Assembly: GCA_963806225.1 (NCBI GenBank)
Contig: CAWDXG010000003.1
Location: 271,723 to 335,722 of the forward strand
DNA length: 64,000 nt
DNA from: an uncultured delta proteobacterium
GTDB lineage: Bacteria; Myxococcota_A; Polyangia; Polyangiales; Polyangiaceae
Direction: 5' to 3'
Within the stretch, counting starts at the first letter, position 1. Every line of letters starts with the position of its first letter. This document shows positions 1 through 9,990 of this stretch, piece by piece. A program made the translations under genes and the position numbers. The notes below the pieces were generated by a model that was given only the letters and a program-made list of their open reading frames with translations, made no database searches and was not told the DNA's origin.

Positions 1-287
1 ACGGGCAGGCCGTGCGTGTCCCAGCCGCCCTTGCGCAGCACGCGCTTGCCCAGCATCGCCTGGTAGCGCGGGAACAGATCCTTCACCACGCGCGTCAGCA
101 CGTGCCCGTTGTGCGGCACGCCATTCGCCGTCGGCGGACCCTCGTAGAAGACGAAGTGCGGCCCATCGGCATTGGCCGCCAGCGACTTGTCGAAAATCCC
201 CCGCTCCTTCCACAGCGCCAGAATGCGCCGCTCGTAGCTGGGAAAATCGAGCTCGGTGGAGACGGGTTCAAAGGGCGGATCGGTCAT
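1..287 (-). CDS. ileS: Isoleucine--tRNA ligase, N-terminal part (runs off window)
   Basis: Manual translation from ATG at 287: MTDPPFEPVSTELDFPSYERRILALWKERGIF...FVFYEGPPTANGVPHNGH...KGGWDTHGLPV. Contains the HIGH-like motif and the GWDTHGLP signature of IleRS. Confidence 0.92.
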   Translation of the reverse strand, partial: MTDPPFEPVSTELDFPSYERRILALWKERGIFDKSLAANADGPHFVFYEGPPTANGVPHNGHVLTRVVKDLFPRYQAMLGKRVLRKGGWDTHGLP

Positions 288-480
288 CGCGGTGTTCGTT
301 GGCTTGGGTCGCGGAGCGGCGCGGCGAGGAGGCAGCGGCCGGCTCGCCGCGATTCGACGGGCAGGGCCGCAGTGCAGTTCCGTACGGCTCCGGCCCAGGC
401 GCTCGCGTATAGCATTGCTCGGGGATCCCGGCGGAAAGCGGCGCGGACGGGATTGGCGGACGTACTCGGCGGGTGACGGT

Positions 481-497
481 GATGGATTATGTCAACT
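481..497 (+). other. dif-like half site (6-bp spacer + XerD-type arm)
   Basis: GATGGA-TTATGTCAACT, with a near-identical copy at 13283-13299. Resembles the XerD arm consensus TTATGTTAAAT; no recognisable XerC arm. Confidence 0.4.
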
Positions 498-510
498 CCG
501 GGCACGGCGA

Positions 511-915
511 CGTGCATTTCCGCTCTCACGGACGCCCCACAGCGCCGAAATGCGCGTCCCACGTGCATTTCCGCTCTCCCGGACGCCCCACAGCACCGAA
601 ATGCGCGTCCCACGTGCATTTCCGCCCTCCCGGACGCCCCACAGCACCGAAATGCGCGTCCCACGTGCATTTCCGCTCTCCCGGACGCCCCACAGCGCCG
701 AAATGCGCGTCCCACGTGCATTTCCCGCTCTCCCGGACGCCCCACAGCGCCGAAATGCGCGTCCCACGTGCATTTCCGCTCTCCCGGACGCCCCACAGCG
801 CCGAAATGCGCGTCCCACGTGCATTTCCGCCCTCCCGGACGCCCCACAGCACCGAAATGCGCGTCCCACGTGCATTTCCGCCCTCCCGGACGCCCCACAG
901 CACCGAAATGCGCGA
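511..915. repeat. 51-bp tandem array, ~8 units (family C)
   Basis: Unit ATGCGCGTCCCACGTGCAT-TTCCGCTCTC-CCGGACGCCCCA-CAGCACCGAA; one unit is 52 bp. Confidence 0.95.
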
Positions 916-958
916 GCATCCGCGACGCACCCACGCGCCGCCCCCCGTGCGTTTTCCT

Positions 959-1071
959 GGGCTGCCCCCAGGCGCTGCGCCGCGCTGCGCGCGCCGCCGC
1001 GCTTCCACGCGCTCCGCGCTTCGCGCTCCGCGGGCCCCCAAGTCCGGGCTACGCCCGGCCGGGGGCCCCAC
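959..1071 (+). repeat. Conserved multi-hairpin element (type 1) capping a 51-bp array
   Basis: GGGCTGCCCCC...CGCGGGCCCCCAAGTCCGGGCTACGCCCGGCCGGGGGCCCCAC. Homologous copies at 13949, 17734 and 22449 (+) and at 15864 and 11291/11407 (-). Confidence 0.85.
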
Positions 1072-1202
1072 GTCGCTGCGCGCCCCACGTCGCTGCGCGC
1101 CCCACGTCGCTGCGCGCCCCACGTCGCTGCGCGCCCCACGTCGCTGCGCGCCCCACGTCGCTGCGCGCCCCACGTCGCTGCGCGCCCCACGTCGCTGCGC
1201 GC
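1064..1202. repeat. 17-bp tandem repeat, ~8 units
   Basis: (GCCCCACGTCGCTGCGC)n, starting inside the end of the hairpin element. Confidence 0.95.
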
Positions 1203-2099
1203 TATCCGGCGCAGCAGCGGAATCCGGTCGAGTAGTCCCAGTAGCTGCGGTTGTGGGCGGTCGTGACGTACAGGCAGCCCTGGCCGTTGATGACGGTGTC
1301 GACGTAGTAGCCGCCGCGGAAGGTGCCGGCGGGATCGACCGTCCATTCGTGGAGGTTGCCCATCATGTCGTACAGGCCCTCGGCGGTGACGCACTGGGCG
1401 TTGGCGCCGCACAGGTCGAGACTGTCCGGGAGCTGATCGACACAGGGGTCGTTCAGCTCGTCGGACGTGAACGAGCGCGTCCATGCCAAACAGCTGGATG
1501 ATGGGATGCTCCGAGCGCGAGTCGTTGCAGGCTCCGGGGATGCGCGTGTTGCCGTAGGGATAGGTGTTGCCGGCGGCGCCCTGGCAGGCGCGCAGCCACT
1601 CGGTGTCGGTGCACAGGTGCTTGCCAGCGGCCTGGCACGCGGCTTCGGCCTGGTCGGCGCTGATGTACGCCTGCGGCACGGCGCCTTCGATGGACACCGC
1701 GCGCACTTGCGTGGAGCCGGGATTCTCGTAGGGCGACCAGCTGCTCACGCCGCCCACGGGTGTGATGAGCTCCAGCGACGCCTCGAAGCGGTCGACGCAG
1801 AAGGTGTCGACGCGCAGCATGCCGAGCGAGCAACCGCCCTGCCCCGGCGCTTCCATCAGGCCCTCGTTCGGCAGCGGGTACGTCGCGGGATCGCACGTCC
1901 ACGCCGCGTCGGCCGCGTCGGCGATGGAGCCATCGAGCGACGCATCGCCTGCGTCGGTGAGCGAGGCATCGCCGTTCGGCGAACCGCCGCTGCCCGCGCC
2001 GCCCTCCCACGCACCACCTGCGCCGCCCGCACTGTACCCGTTGCCGGACGCGCTGGAGCAGCCCACCACGAAGAGAGCAAGCACAAGCGCGGCCTTCAT
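1202..2099 (-). CDS. SUMF1/EgtB/PvdO (FGE-sulfatase) family lipoprotein; frameshift near 1485
   Basis: Lipobox LFVVGC; motifs FCVDRFE, HLCTDTEW, YPYGN, then in another frame GLYDMMGNLHEW, RGGYY, GFRCC. Confidence 0.8.
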
Positions 2100-2142
2100 C
2101 GCGTCGAGGATATCCGAAGCCGCGCGGCGGACCGCATGAAAG

Positions 2143-2754
2143 TCAGCGGCGAATGCCGAGCGCGGAAAGCAAAGGCAGCGGATCGTCGGCCAGCGCTGCG
2201 CCGATCGCCGCGACGCCGTCCGCCCCGGCGCGCAGGCACTCCGCAACATTTCCGGCCTCCACGCCGCCGAGCGCGTACAGCAGCGGCGGCGGTCCGCCGG
2301 CGATGCGCCGCGCGCTCTCGAGGCCGCGCACACCGAGCGGTGGATTACCCTTGCGCGGCGCCATCACGGGCGAGAGCACGATCGCGTCCGCACCGCGCGC
2401 CTCGGCCTCCGCCGCGCCGTGGCAGGCGCGCGAGATCCATACCTCGCTGCCGACGAGACGTCGGGCGGACGCAGCCTCGACGCTGTGCTCGCCAAGATGC
2501 AGTCCGTCGGCGTCGAGCAGCAGCGCGAGGTCGATGCGGTCATTGACGGCGAAGAGCTGCTCGCTCGCGTGCGCCGCTGCCACCAGACGTTCCCCCAGCG
2601 CCTGGCGCTCCCGCACCGGCAGCCCGGGATCGCGGAGCTGCAGCATCACGCTGCCGGGCTGCGCCGCTGCGCACAGCCGGGCAAAGCGCTCGACCAGCGC
2701 GCCCGGCTCCACGCGCGTGGTATCGCTGATCGCGATCAGGCGCGGGGCCAGCAC
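2143..2754 (-). CDS. thiE: Thiamine phosphate synthase / TenI family
   Basis: Motifs LQLRD, VNDRIDLA, DGLHLG, YALGG, GADGVAAI. GTG start at 2754 is inferred. Confidence 0.75.
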   Translation of the reverse strand: MLAPRLIAISDTTRVEPGALVERFARLCAAAQPGSVMLQLRDPGLPVRERQALGERLVAAAHASEQLFAVNDRIDLALLLDADGLHLGEHSVEAASARRLVGSEVWISRACHGAAEAEARGADAIVLSPVMAPRKGNPPLGVRGLESARRIAGGPPPLLYALGGVEAGNVAECLRAGADGVAAIGAALADDPLPLLSALGIRR

Positions 2755-2758
2755 GCCC

Positions 2759-3130
2759 CTACCCTCCGCTCGCTCCCGCCGCGCCCTTCGCCGCCGACAG
2801 ATCGCTGCGCGCCATGCCGGCGTAGCGGCTGTTCGGATAGCGCGCAACCAGGTACTCCAGCGTGGTGCGCCAGCTCTCCTCGTTTCCCTTCGCCTTGAAC
2901 TGCTGCGCCAGGCCGTAGAGGGCCTGCGCCGGCGTCTCGTAGGTCTTTTCCGATGGCGGTGTCTCGCTCGCACACTGAAGCGGCGCCTGGCCCAGGGCCG
3001 CGGCCAGCAGAAACATCGAAAAAGCCCGCACGCGGCAAATCTCGCCCATCGCGCGGCGGGCGGCAAGCGCGGCGGAGCGCCCGGCCCGCGAATCGACCCG
3101 CCGCGGGTTGCACCTCGACGCCGCGCGCAC
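2759..3130 (-). CDS. Small TPR-like hypothetical exported protein (start uncertain)
   Basis: ALYGLAQQF...LVARYPNSRYA resembles TPR/BamD-like helices; hydrophobic N-terminal stretch. Confidence 0.6.
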   Translation of the reverse strand: MRAASRCNPRRVDSRAGRSAALAARRAMGEICRVRAFSMFLLAAALGQAPLQCASETPPSEKTYETPAQALYGLAQQFKAKGNEESWRTTLEYLVARYPNSRYAGMARSDLSAAKGAAGASGG

Positions 3131-3173
3131 AAGCTATGAACCGGTAGCGCTCTGCGCACCGATTCCCAACGAA

Positions 3174-4355
3174 ATGTCCGGTTCACTCACCCGGCGGGCC
3201 CTGCCCCTGCTGGCAACGGCGCTGCTGGCCATCGCCTGCACCCACAACGACGGCCGCTCGCCCGACGGCTCCCCGCTCCAGACCGACCCGCGCTTCGTCG
3301 GCACGGGCCTGATGGGGATTGCGTCGGAAGTGCCGCACTGGCCAATGTTCCGTCACGACCACCGGCGCGACGGGCGCAACGACCTGATCCGCCGGAGCGA
3401 ACCGCAGCTTGCCTGGACCTTCGAGACCGGCGGCGAGATCTGGTCATCGCCGGCCATCGGTATCGACGGCACGGTCTACGTCAGCTCGCTCGACGGCCGC
3501 TTGTACGCGCTCGACCGCAACGGCAAGCTGCTCTGGACGTACCGGACGTTCGGCGCGCTGTGGTCGTCACCGGCGGTGACGGGCGACGGCACCGTGTACG
3601 TCGCCGGCATCGATCACTACGTGTACGCGCTGATGGGGGGCCGCGTGAAGTGGGCGGTCAAGCTCGGCAACTGTGCGTTCTCGTCGCCGCTCATCAGCCG
3701 CGACGGCACGATCTACATCGGCTCGAACGATCACCGCTTCTACGCCATCAACCCGAACGGGACGATCCGTTGGGTGAAGCGGACGCGCGCGCCGCTCGAT
3801 TCGTCGCCGGCCATGACCAACTCGGGCATGTTGTTCATCGGCTCCAGCGACGGAGAGCTTCTGGCGTTCCGCCCCGACGGCTCGCGGGCAGGCTCGTTCA
3901 GCGCATTGGCGCCCATCCACTCCTCCCCCGCGATCGGTCCGCGCGGCGGCATCTACTTCGGCGCGGACGACGGCTCGGTCTACGCGGTCACGCCTCAAGG
4001 GCAGCTCTACTGGAAGCAGCTCACGGGGCAGGCCGTCACGTCGTCTCCGGCCATCGGCCGCGACGGCGTGGTGGTCATCGGCAGTGGCGACTCCACGGTC
4101 TACGCCTACAACGCCGACGGCTCCACGCGCTGGGAGTTCGAAACCGGCGGCCCGATCTTCTCGTCGCCCGCCATCACGGCCGACGACACGGTTTTCGTCG
4201 GCTCCGGCGACGGCAAGCTCTACCAGATCGACCGGAACGGACGGCTCGTCTGGTCGTTCCCCACCGGCGGCGCAGTCAACTCGTCGCCCGCCATCGGACC
4301 GGACGGCGGCATCGCGGTCGGATCGCGCGACCGCAAGGTCTACTACTTCCGCTGA
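3174..4355 (+). CDS. PQQ-like beta-propeller repeat lipoprotein (BamB/AfsK-like)
   Basis: Lipobox LAIAC; ~8 repeats of the type SSPAIG.DGTVYVGS.DG.LYA. Confidence 0.9.
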   Translation: MSGSLTRRALPLLATALLAIACTHNDGRSPDGSPLQTDPRFVGTGLMGIASEVPHWPMFRHDHRRDGRNDLIRRSEPQLAWTFETGGEIWSSPAIGIDGTVYVSSLDGRLYALDRNGKLLWTYRTFGALWSSPAVTGDGTVYVAGIDHYVYALMGGRVKWAVKLGNCAFSSPLISRDGTIYIGSNDHRFYAINPNGTIRWVKRTRAPLDSSPAMTNSGMLFIGSSDGELLAFRPDGSRAGSFSALAPIHSSPAIGPRGGIYFGADDGSVYAVTPQGQLYWKQLTGQAVTSSPAIGRDGVVVIGSGDSTVYAYNADGSTRWEFETGGPIFSSPAITADDTVFVGSGDGKLYQIDRNGRLVWSFPTGGAVNSSPAIGPDGGIAVGSRDRKVYYFR

Positions 4356-4368
4356 GCTTCGGGCCGCG

Positions 4369-4809
4369 CTACTCGCGCTCTGCAGGCTCGAGCGTCGCCG
4401 GCTCCCGCGGACCGGGCTTGATCAGTCGCAGGATGCCCGCCGCCAGCAAAGCGCCGAGCGTGTCGGCAACCCAGTCGAGGAACTCGGCATCGCGGTAAGG
4501 GATCGTGTACTGCACCAACTCGAGCAGCGCGCCGAGAGCCGACGCCACGACAACCGACGCCACGATCAGCCGCGCGCGCTTCCACTCCGCCAGCTCGAAC
4601 GAGAGCGCGTGGTACACGACGAACACCATCACGCCGAAGACCAGGAAGTGCGCGACCTTGTCCTCGGGGATCGGCATACGGATGCGCGGCAAGCTCACCT
4701 TCGCAGCGCCGGAGTAGAACACCGCCGCGACGTAGAGCAGCGCCGGCACGACGTGAACGAAGAACCCGGGTCGGGCTCCCTCCTCGCTGGGGTCGGGTTC
4801 GGGCATCAC
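4369..4809 (-). CDS. VanZ family membrane protein
   Basis: Motifs DKVAHF, ELVQYTIPYR, DWVADTLG. Confidence 0.85.
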   Translation of the reverse strand: MMPEPDPSEEGARPGFFVHVVPALLYVAAVFYSGAAKVSLPRIRMPIPEDKVAHFLVFGVMVFVVYHALSFELAEWKRARLIVASVVVASALGALLELVQYTIPYRDAEFLDWVADTLGALLAAGILRLIKPGPREPATLEPAERE

Positions 4810-4944
4810 GCTGGCCAGGGGGCGGAACGTAGCAGATTTCAGGAAAAGCGCTGGAATCAGCAGACTTGCACCTGGACGCGCTCAAGCGCCCCCGAATCGC
4901 GCGCGCCGACCCTTCCGCCGCCACGCCGCGACCTCGGCGCCCTT

Positions 4945-6238
4945 CCGTCGGCCTCGCCCCCGTCTCCGCCGCCAAGCCGCAGCTTCGCGCCCATTGTGTC
5001 GGCCTCGCCGACATTGCCGCCAAGCCGTAGCTTCGCCGCCCTGATGTCGGCCTCGCCGACAGTTCCGCCGCCAAGCCGTAGCTTCGCCACCCTGATGTCG
5101 GCCTCGCCGACAGTTCCGCCGCCAAGCCCGCGCTTCGAGCCCATCGTGTCGGCCAGACCGACATTTCGAGCCCCTTGACGTAGCTTCGCCACCCTGATGT
5201 CGGCCTCGCCGACAGTTCCGCCGCCAAGCCGTAGCTTCGCCACCCTGATGTCGGCCTCGCCGACATTGCCGCCAAGCCGTAGCTTCGCCACCCTGATGTC
5301 GGCCTCGCCGACAGTTCCGCCGCCAAGCCGCAGCTTCGCGCCCATGGTGTCGGCCTCGCCGACAGTTCCGCCGCCAAGCCGTAGCTTCGCCGCCCTGATG
5401 TCGGCCTCGCCGACAGTTCCGCCGCCAAGCCGTAGCTTCGCCACCCTGATGTCGGCCTCGCCGACAGTTCCGCCGCCAAGCCGTAGCTTCGCCACCCTGA
5501 TGTCGGCCTCGCCGACATTGCCGCCGCCAAGCCGTAGCTTCGCCACCCTGATGTCGGCCTCGCCGACATTGCCGCCGCCAAGCCGTAGCTTCGCCACCCT
5601 GATGTCGGCCTCGCCGACATTGCCGCCGCCAAGCCGTAGCTTCGCCACCCTGATGTCGGCCTCGCCGACAGTTCCGCCGCCAAGCCCGCGCTTCGAGCCC
5701 ATCGTGTCGGCCAGACCGACATTTCCGCCGGGAAGCCCGCGCTTCGAGCCCATCGTGTCGGCCAGACCGACATTTCCGCCGGGAAGCCCGCGCTTCGAGC
5801 TCATTGTGTCGGCCGGACCGACATTTCCGCCGTCAAGCCCGCGCTTCGAGCTCATTGTGTCGGCCAGACCGACATTTCGAGCCCCTTGACGTAGCTTCGC
5901 CACCCTGATGTCGGCCTCGCCGACATTTCCGCCGCCAAGCCCGCGCTTCGAGCCCATCGTGTCGGCCAGACCGACATTTCGAGCCCCTTGACGTAGCTTC
6001 GCCACCCTGATGTCGGCCTCGCCGACATTTCCGCCGCCAAGCCCGCGCTTCGAGCTCATTGTGTCGGCCAGACCGACAGTTCCGCCGGGAAGCCCGCGCT
6101 TCGAGCTCATTGTGTCGGCCGGACCGACATTTCCGCCGTCAAGCCCGCGCTTCGAGCCCATTGTGTCGGCCAGACCGACATTTCCGCCGGGAAGCGGACG
6201 CTTGACGGCTTCCTGGCGGTCGCGCGCCGCGGTCCCCC
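4945..6238. repeat. 51-bp tandem array, ~24 units (family A), with terminal motif
   Basis: Unit ATGTCGGCCTCGCCGACAT-TTCCGCCGCC-AAGCCGTAGCTT-CGCCACCCTG and variants (some 48 bp). Ends in ...AAGCGGACGCTTGACGGCTTCCTGGCGGTCGCGCGCCGCGGTCCCCC. Confidence 0.95.
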
Positions 6239-6418
6239 TCCTGAGGCGGCGGAGCCGGCGATTTGGAGGGGGCGGCCGCGCGCAGCCGCCGCAGGCGGCG
6301 AGCACGGACCGGGGGGAGGCAACTGTTGCGCAGAACCTCGACGACAGTTCGGCGGCGTGCGGCGCGATCGCGTGCGCGGCGATTCCTGGCAATCGAGCGT
6401 GCGGCGGGCCGATAGACT

Positions 6419-7229
6419 GTGGTGACGTTCGTGCACCTGACTGCGCACGCGCTGACCGGCAAGAAGCCGTTCGTCGACCCGGATGTGGCGCTGTGTTTCT
6501 GGCGGAGCCTGCAGAGGCTCGCGCCGCACGCCGTCGCGGCGTGCTTGATGCCCAACCACCCGCATCTGGTCGTGCCAACGGACGCGCCGGACAAGTTGCA
6601 CGCGCAGTTCGCCCAGCGGTTGGCTGCGTTCGCGCGGGCGCACAACATGGGGCGCACCTGGCAGCGCGTGCCACCCGCGGAAGTCGTGCGTCCCGATCGA
6701 CTCGTCGCCGTCATCCGCTACGTGCATCTCAATCCGCCCCGCGGGGGGCTGGTAGGCGACCCGCTGGAGTGGCTGCTGTCGACCCATCGAGGCGTGGTCG
6801 GCGCGGAGCTCGAATCCGTGGGTGACGGCAGATCGATTGGCGGACGTGCTCGGCCGCCGACGCGAGCACTTCGAAGCGTGGTTCCATCGCATCGTGACGG
6901 ACGACTCGTCCGTGAGAACGGGAGGCACGCCTTTGCCGCAACCCGCGCCGGCGCGAATCGTTCCGGCAGTGCCGCTCGAGCAGATCGCGTTGGCCGCGCA
7001 CTCGGCAGCGCACGGCTGTCGCATCATCGAGCGGCGCGCGCTGGTAGCGCTCGCGCGGCACCAGGGTTGGAAGGATGCGGCGTTGATCGCTCGCGTCGCG
7101 GGCATCACGCCGGACTCGGTGCGGCGGTTGGCGCGACGCCCCGAGCCGGAGCTGGTGCGGGTCGGCGCGCTGTGTCTGAACGATGCGCGGCTACGATGCG
7201 TACCGCGCGCGCGCCACCAGGGCTCGTAG
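6419..7229 (+). CDS. REP-associated tyrosine transposase (RAYT, Y1/HUH superfamily) with C-terminal HTH-like region; single frameshift near 6813
   Basis: N-terminal VHLTAH, HUH motif CLMPNHPHLVV, catalytic-Tyr region RYVHLNP..GLV.DP.EW..STHR. Removing one A at ~6813 joins ORF 6419 to ORF 6822-7229 (ELDPWVTADRLA). Confidence 0.82.
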
Positions 7230-7232
7230 GAA

Positions 7233-7476
7233 GCGGGCTCGTCGCACGAGCGTCGATGCGTGCGGGCTCGTCGCACGAGCGTCGATGCGTGCGGGCTCGC
7301 CGCATGAGCGTCGATGCGTGCGGGCTCGCCGCATGAGCGTCGATGCGTGCGGGCTCGTCGCACGAGCGTCGATGCGTGCGGGCTCGTCGCATGAGCGTCG
7401 ATGCGTGCGGGCTCGTCGCATGAGCGTCGATGCGTGCGGGCTCGCCGCATGAGCGTCGATGCGTGCGGGCTCGTCG
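7233..7476. repeat. 29-bp tandem repeat, ~8 units, with internal hairpin
   Basis: (GCGGGCTCGTCGCACGAGCGTCGATGCGT)n immediately after the RAYT stop. Confidence 0.95.
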
Positions 7477-7742
7477 ACAGTTCCGCCGCCAAGCCCGCGC
7501 TTCGAGCCCATCGTGTCGGCCTCGCCGACATTTTCGCCGCCAAGCCCGCGCTTCGAGCCCATTGTGGCGGCCAGACCGACATTTCGAGCCCCTTGACGTA
7601 GCTTCGCCACCCTGATGTCGGCCTCGCCGACATTTCCGCCGCCAAGCCCGCGCTTCGAGCCCATTGTGGCGGCCAGACCGACATTTCCGCCGTCAAGCCG
7701 ACGCTTGACGCCCTTCCAGGCGGTCGCACGCCGCAGTCCCCC
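7477..7742. repeat. 51-bp array (family A), ~4.5 units, with terminal motif
   Basis: Same units and same terminal motif as 4945-6238, in the same orientation. Confidence 0.93.
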
Positions 7743-7804
7743 CGCGCCCCGCGCCCCGCGCCCCGCGCCCCGCGCCCCGCGCTCTCCCCGCGCCCGCGCC
7801 CGCG

Positions 7805-9037
7805 CTAGACCGCCGCCGTCTCTTCGAGCTCGCGCGAGCGGGTTTCGGGGAGGAGCCACAGGATCAGGATCACGGCGAGGATCGGGAAGATGGCGGTGAC
7901 GCGGACGGCGTGACCCCAGCCGACGTGACCGGCGGCGTAGCCGACTGCGACCGGGGAGAGCACGTAGCCGATGCGACCGATCAGGTTGTTGGACCAGGCA
8001 AAGGCGTCGCCGCGGAGCTCGGTCGGGAACAGCTCGGCGTTGTAGGCGTTGAGCACGGGCAGCACGGCGCTCGCGCCGAAGATCGCGAACACCAGCGTGA
8101 GCGTCAGCGGCCACTGGCCGTGCAGCGTGTAGCAGCCGAAGATGCCGACGGAGGCCAGGCCGAAGATCACGACGGCGCCCATGCGCCGTCCGATCAGATC
8201 CAGCAGCTTGCCGGCGAAGAAGACCAGCGGCATCGAGACGAGGGCGGCGATGGTGATCGCCTTGCCAACGTCGCTGTCGGTCATGCCGCGCTCGCCGACG
8301 GCGAATTCCTTCCAGAACGTCACGCCGTTCTGCGTGCAGATGTACGTGAGAAACCAGATGAGACCCAGCTGCAGCATGCGCTTCCGGTACGGCGAGCGGA
8401 AGATCGCTGTGAAGGGCTTGGCGACGTGCGAGGTCACCTGCTCGGAGAAGCGCCGCGTCTCGCGCAGGTTGCGCCGCGCAAACGCCAGCACGACGAGTGG
8501 GATGATGCCGACGAAGTAGACGCTCCGCCAACCGAACGGCGTCTTCAAGAGCAGCGGCACCACGCCCGCGCAGGTGACCGCGCCCAGGCTCGAGAATGCG
8601 CTGATGACTCCGATGACCATTCCGCGGCGCGCGGCGGGGTACTCCTCGGCCGCCATGACGGTGCTGGTCGCCCACTCGCCGATCAGGAAGATGCGCGCGA
8701 TCATCTGGAAGGCGGCGAACGCCCACACGTTGGGCGACAGCCCGGTCAGCGCCGTGAAGATCGTGTAGCCGGCGATGGTGACCGTCAGCACGCGCTTGCG
8801 ACCGAAACGGTCGGCGCGCCGCACCAACAGGTACGCGACCACCGTGCCGAAGTTGATGAAGCCGACGAGGTAACCGGCGACAGCGTGGCTGAAGCCGAAG
8901 GCCTTCTGCAGGTTCGGCAGGATCTGGGTCAGCGCGAGGAAGTCGTAGCCCTCGAAGAACGTCGCGACGCTAAGGAAGACAAACAGCCGGCGCTGGTACG
9001 ACGTGAGTCGTTCGGTCACCGGGTGCCCCGCACGCAC
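7805..9037 (-). CDS. MFS transporter
   Basis: Motif A ADRFGRKR and LDLIGRR, FFEGYD, EEYPAARRG, ELFPTELRG; ~12 hydrophobic segments. Confidence 0.92.
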   Translation of the reverse strand: MRAGHPVTERLTSYQRRLFVFLSVATFFEGYDFLALTQILPNLQKAFGFSHAVAGYLVGFINFGTVVAYLLVRRADRFGRKRVLTVTIAGYTIFTALTGLSPNVWAFAAFQMIARIFLIGEWATSTVMAAEEYPAARRGMVIGVISAFSSLGAVTCAGVVPLLLKTPFGWRSVYFVGIIPLVVLAFARRNLRETRRFSEQVTSHVAKPFTAIFRSPYRKRMLQLGLIWFLTYICTQNGVTFWKEFAVGERGMTDSDVGKAITIAALVSMPLVFFAGKLLDLIGRRMGAVVIFGLASVGIFGCYTLHGQWPLTLTLVFAIFGASAVLPVLNAYNAELFPTELRGDAFAWSNNLIGRIGYVLSPVAVGYAAGHVGWGHAVRVTAIFPILAVILILWLLPETRSRELEETAAV

Positions 9038-9162
9038 ACCTTATCGCAAGGCGCGATGACCGGTGTCAACGCGGAGACACGTGCACAAGGCGTCCACGGA
9101 AGCTTCGGCGAGCGACTGCGAGCCCGCGACGAATCGCGTCGGGGGTCCGGGGGCGGTGAGCG

Positions 9163-9936
9163 CTAGCTGATGACGCCGGTTTCCGGGCTCGACGCGGTGG
9201 CGTACAGCTTCTTCGGCATCCGCCCCGCGAGGAACGCCTTGCGCCCGGCGCTGATGGCCTCGCGCATCGCCTCGGCCATCATGATCGGCTTCTTCGCGCC
9301 CGCGATGGCGGTGTTCATCAGCACGCCGTCGCAGCCGAGCTCCATCGCCACGGCGGCGTCGCTGGCCGTGCCCACGCCCGCGTCGACGATCACCGGCACC
9401 TTCGCGCGCTCCAGGATGATGCGCAGGTTGTACGGATTGCGGATGCCGAGCCCGGAGCCGATCGGCGCCGCCAGCGGCATCACCGCCGCGCAGCCGATGT
9501 CCTCGAGCTTGCGGCACACGATCGGGTCGTCCATGCAGTACGGCAGCACGGTGAAGCCCTCCTTCACCAGCGTCTTGGCCGCCTCGAGCGTCTGCTCGTT
9601 GTCGGGGTAGAGCGTGTCCTTGTCGCCGAGGACCTCGAGCTTGACGATGTCGGCGATGCCCAGCTCGCGCGCCAGCCTGAGCGTGCGCACTGCCTCCTCG
9701 GCCGTGAAGCAGCCCGCCGTGTTCGGCAGGATGGTCCAGCGCTTGCTCGTGACGAGCTCCATCATCGAGCCGGAGCTCCGGTCCTTCAGATCCACGCGGC
9801 GCAGCGCGACCGTCACTACCTCCGCGCCGGACGCCTCCAGCGCTGCGCGCGTCTCGACCACGTCCTTGTACTTGCCGGTGCCGACGAAGAGCCGCGACTT
9901 GAAGGTGTGCTTGCCGATCGTGAGGACGTCTTCCAT
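9163..9936 (-). CDS. thiG: Thiazole synthase
   Basis: [40 protein letters not shown]. Confidence 0.97.
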   Translation of the reverse strand: MEDVLTIGKHTFKSRLFVGTGKYKDVVETRAALEASGAEVVTVALRRVDLKDRSSGSMMELVTSKRWTILPNTAGCFTAEEAVRTLRLARELGIADIVKLEVLGDKDTLYPDNEQTLEAAKTLVKEGFTVLPYCMDDPIVCRKLEDIGCAAVMPLAAPIGSGLGIRNPYNLRIILERAKVPVIVDAGVGTASDAAVAMELGCDGVLMNTAIAGAKKPIMMAEAMREAISAGRKAFLAGRMPKKLYATASSPETGVIS

Positions 9937-9990
9937 GCCGGCGGACTAGCGCCGCCCGGGCGCCGGGGCAAGCGCGCCGGTCATGCACCG

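Noticed and set aside
4343..6674. Long ORFs with 17-aa repeats over the arrays (also 256-1501, 13284-14159, 21024-22728, 35236-38087)
   Set aside because: A GC-rich repeat with a period divisible by 3 leaves several frames open on both strands. Unit indels break frames, and no protein sequence is conserved between families.
6419..7229. IS200/IS605 TnpA insertion sequence
   Set aside because: The YVHLNP...GLV..P.EW..S signature, the longer C-terminus and the absence of tnpB fit RAYT better.
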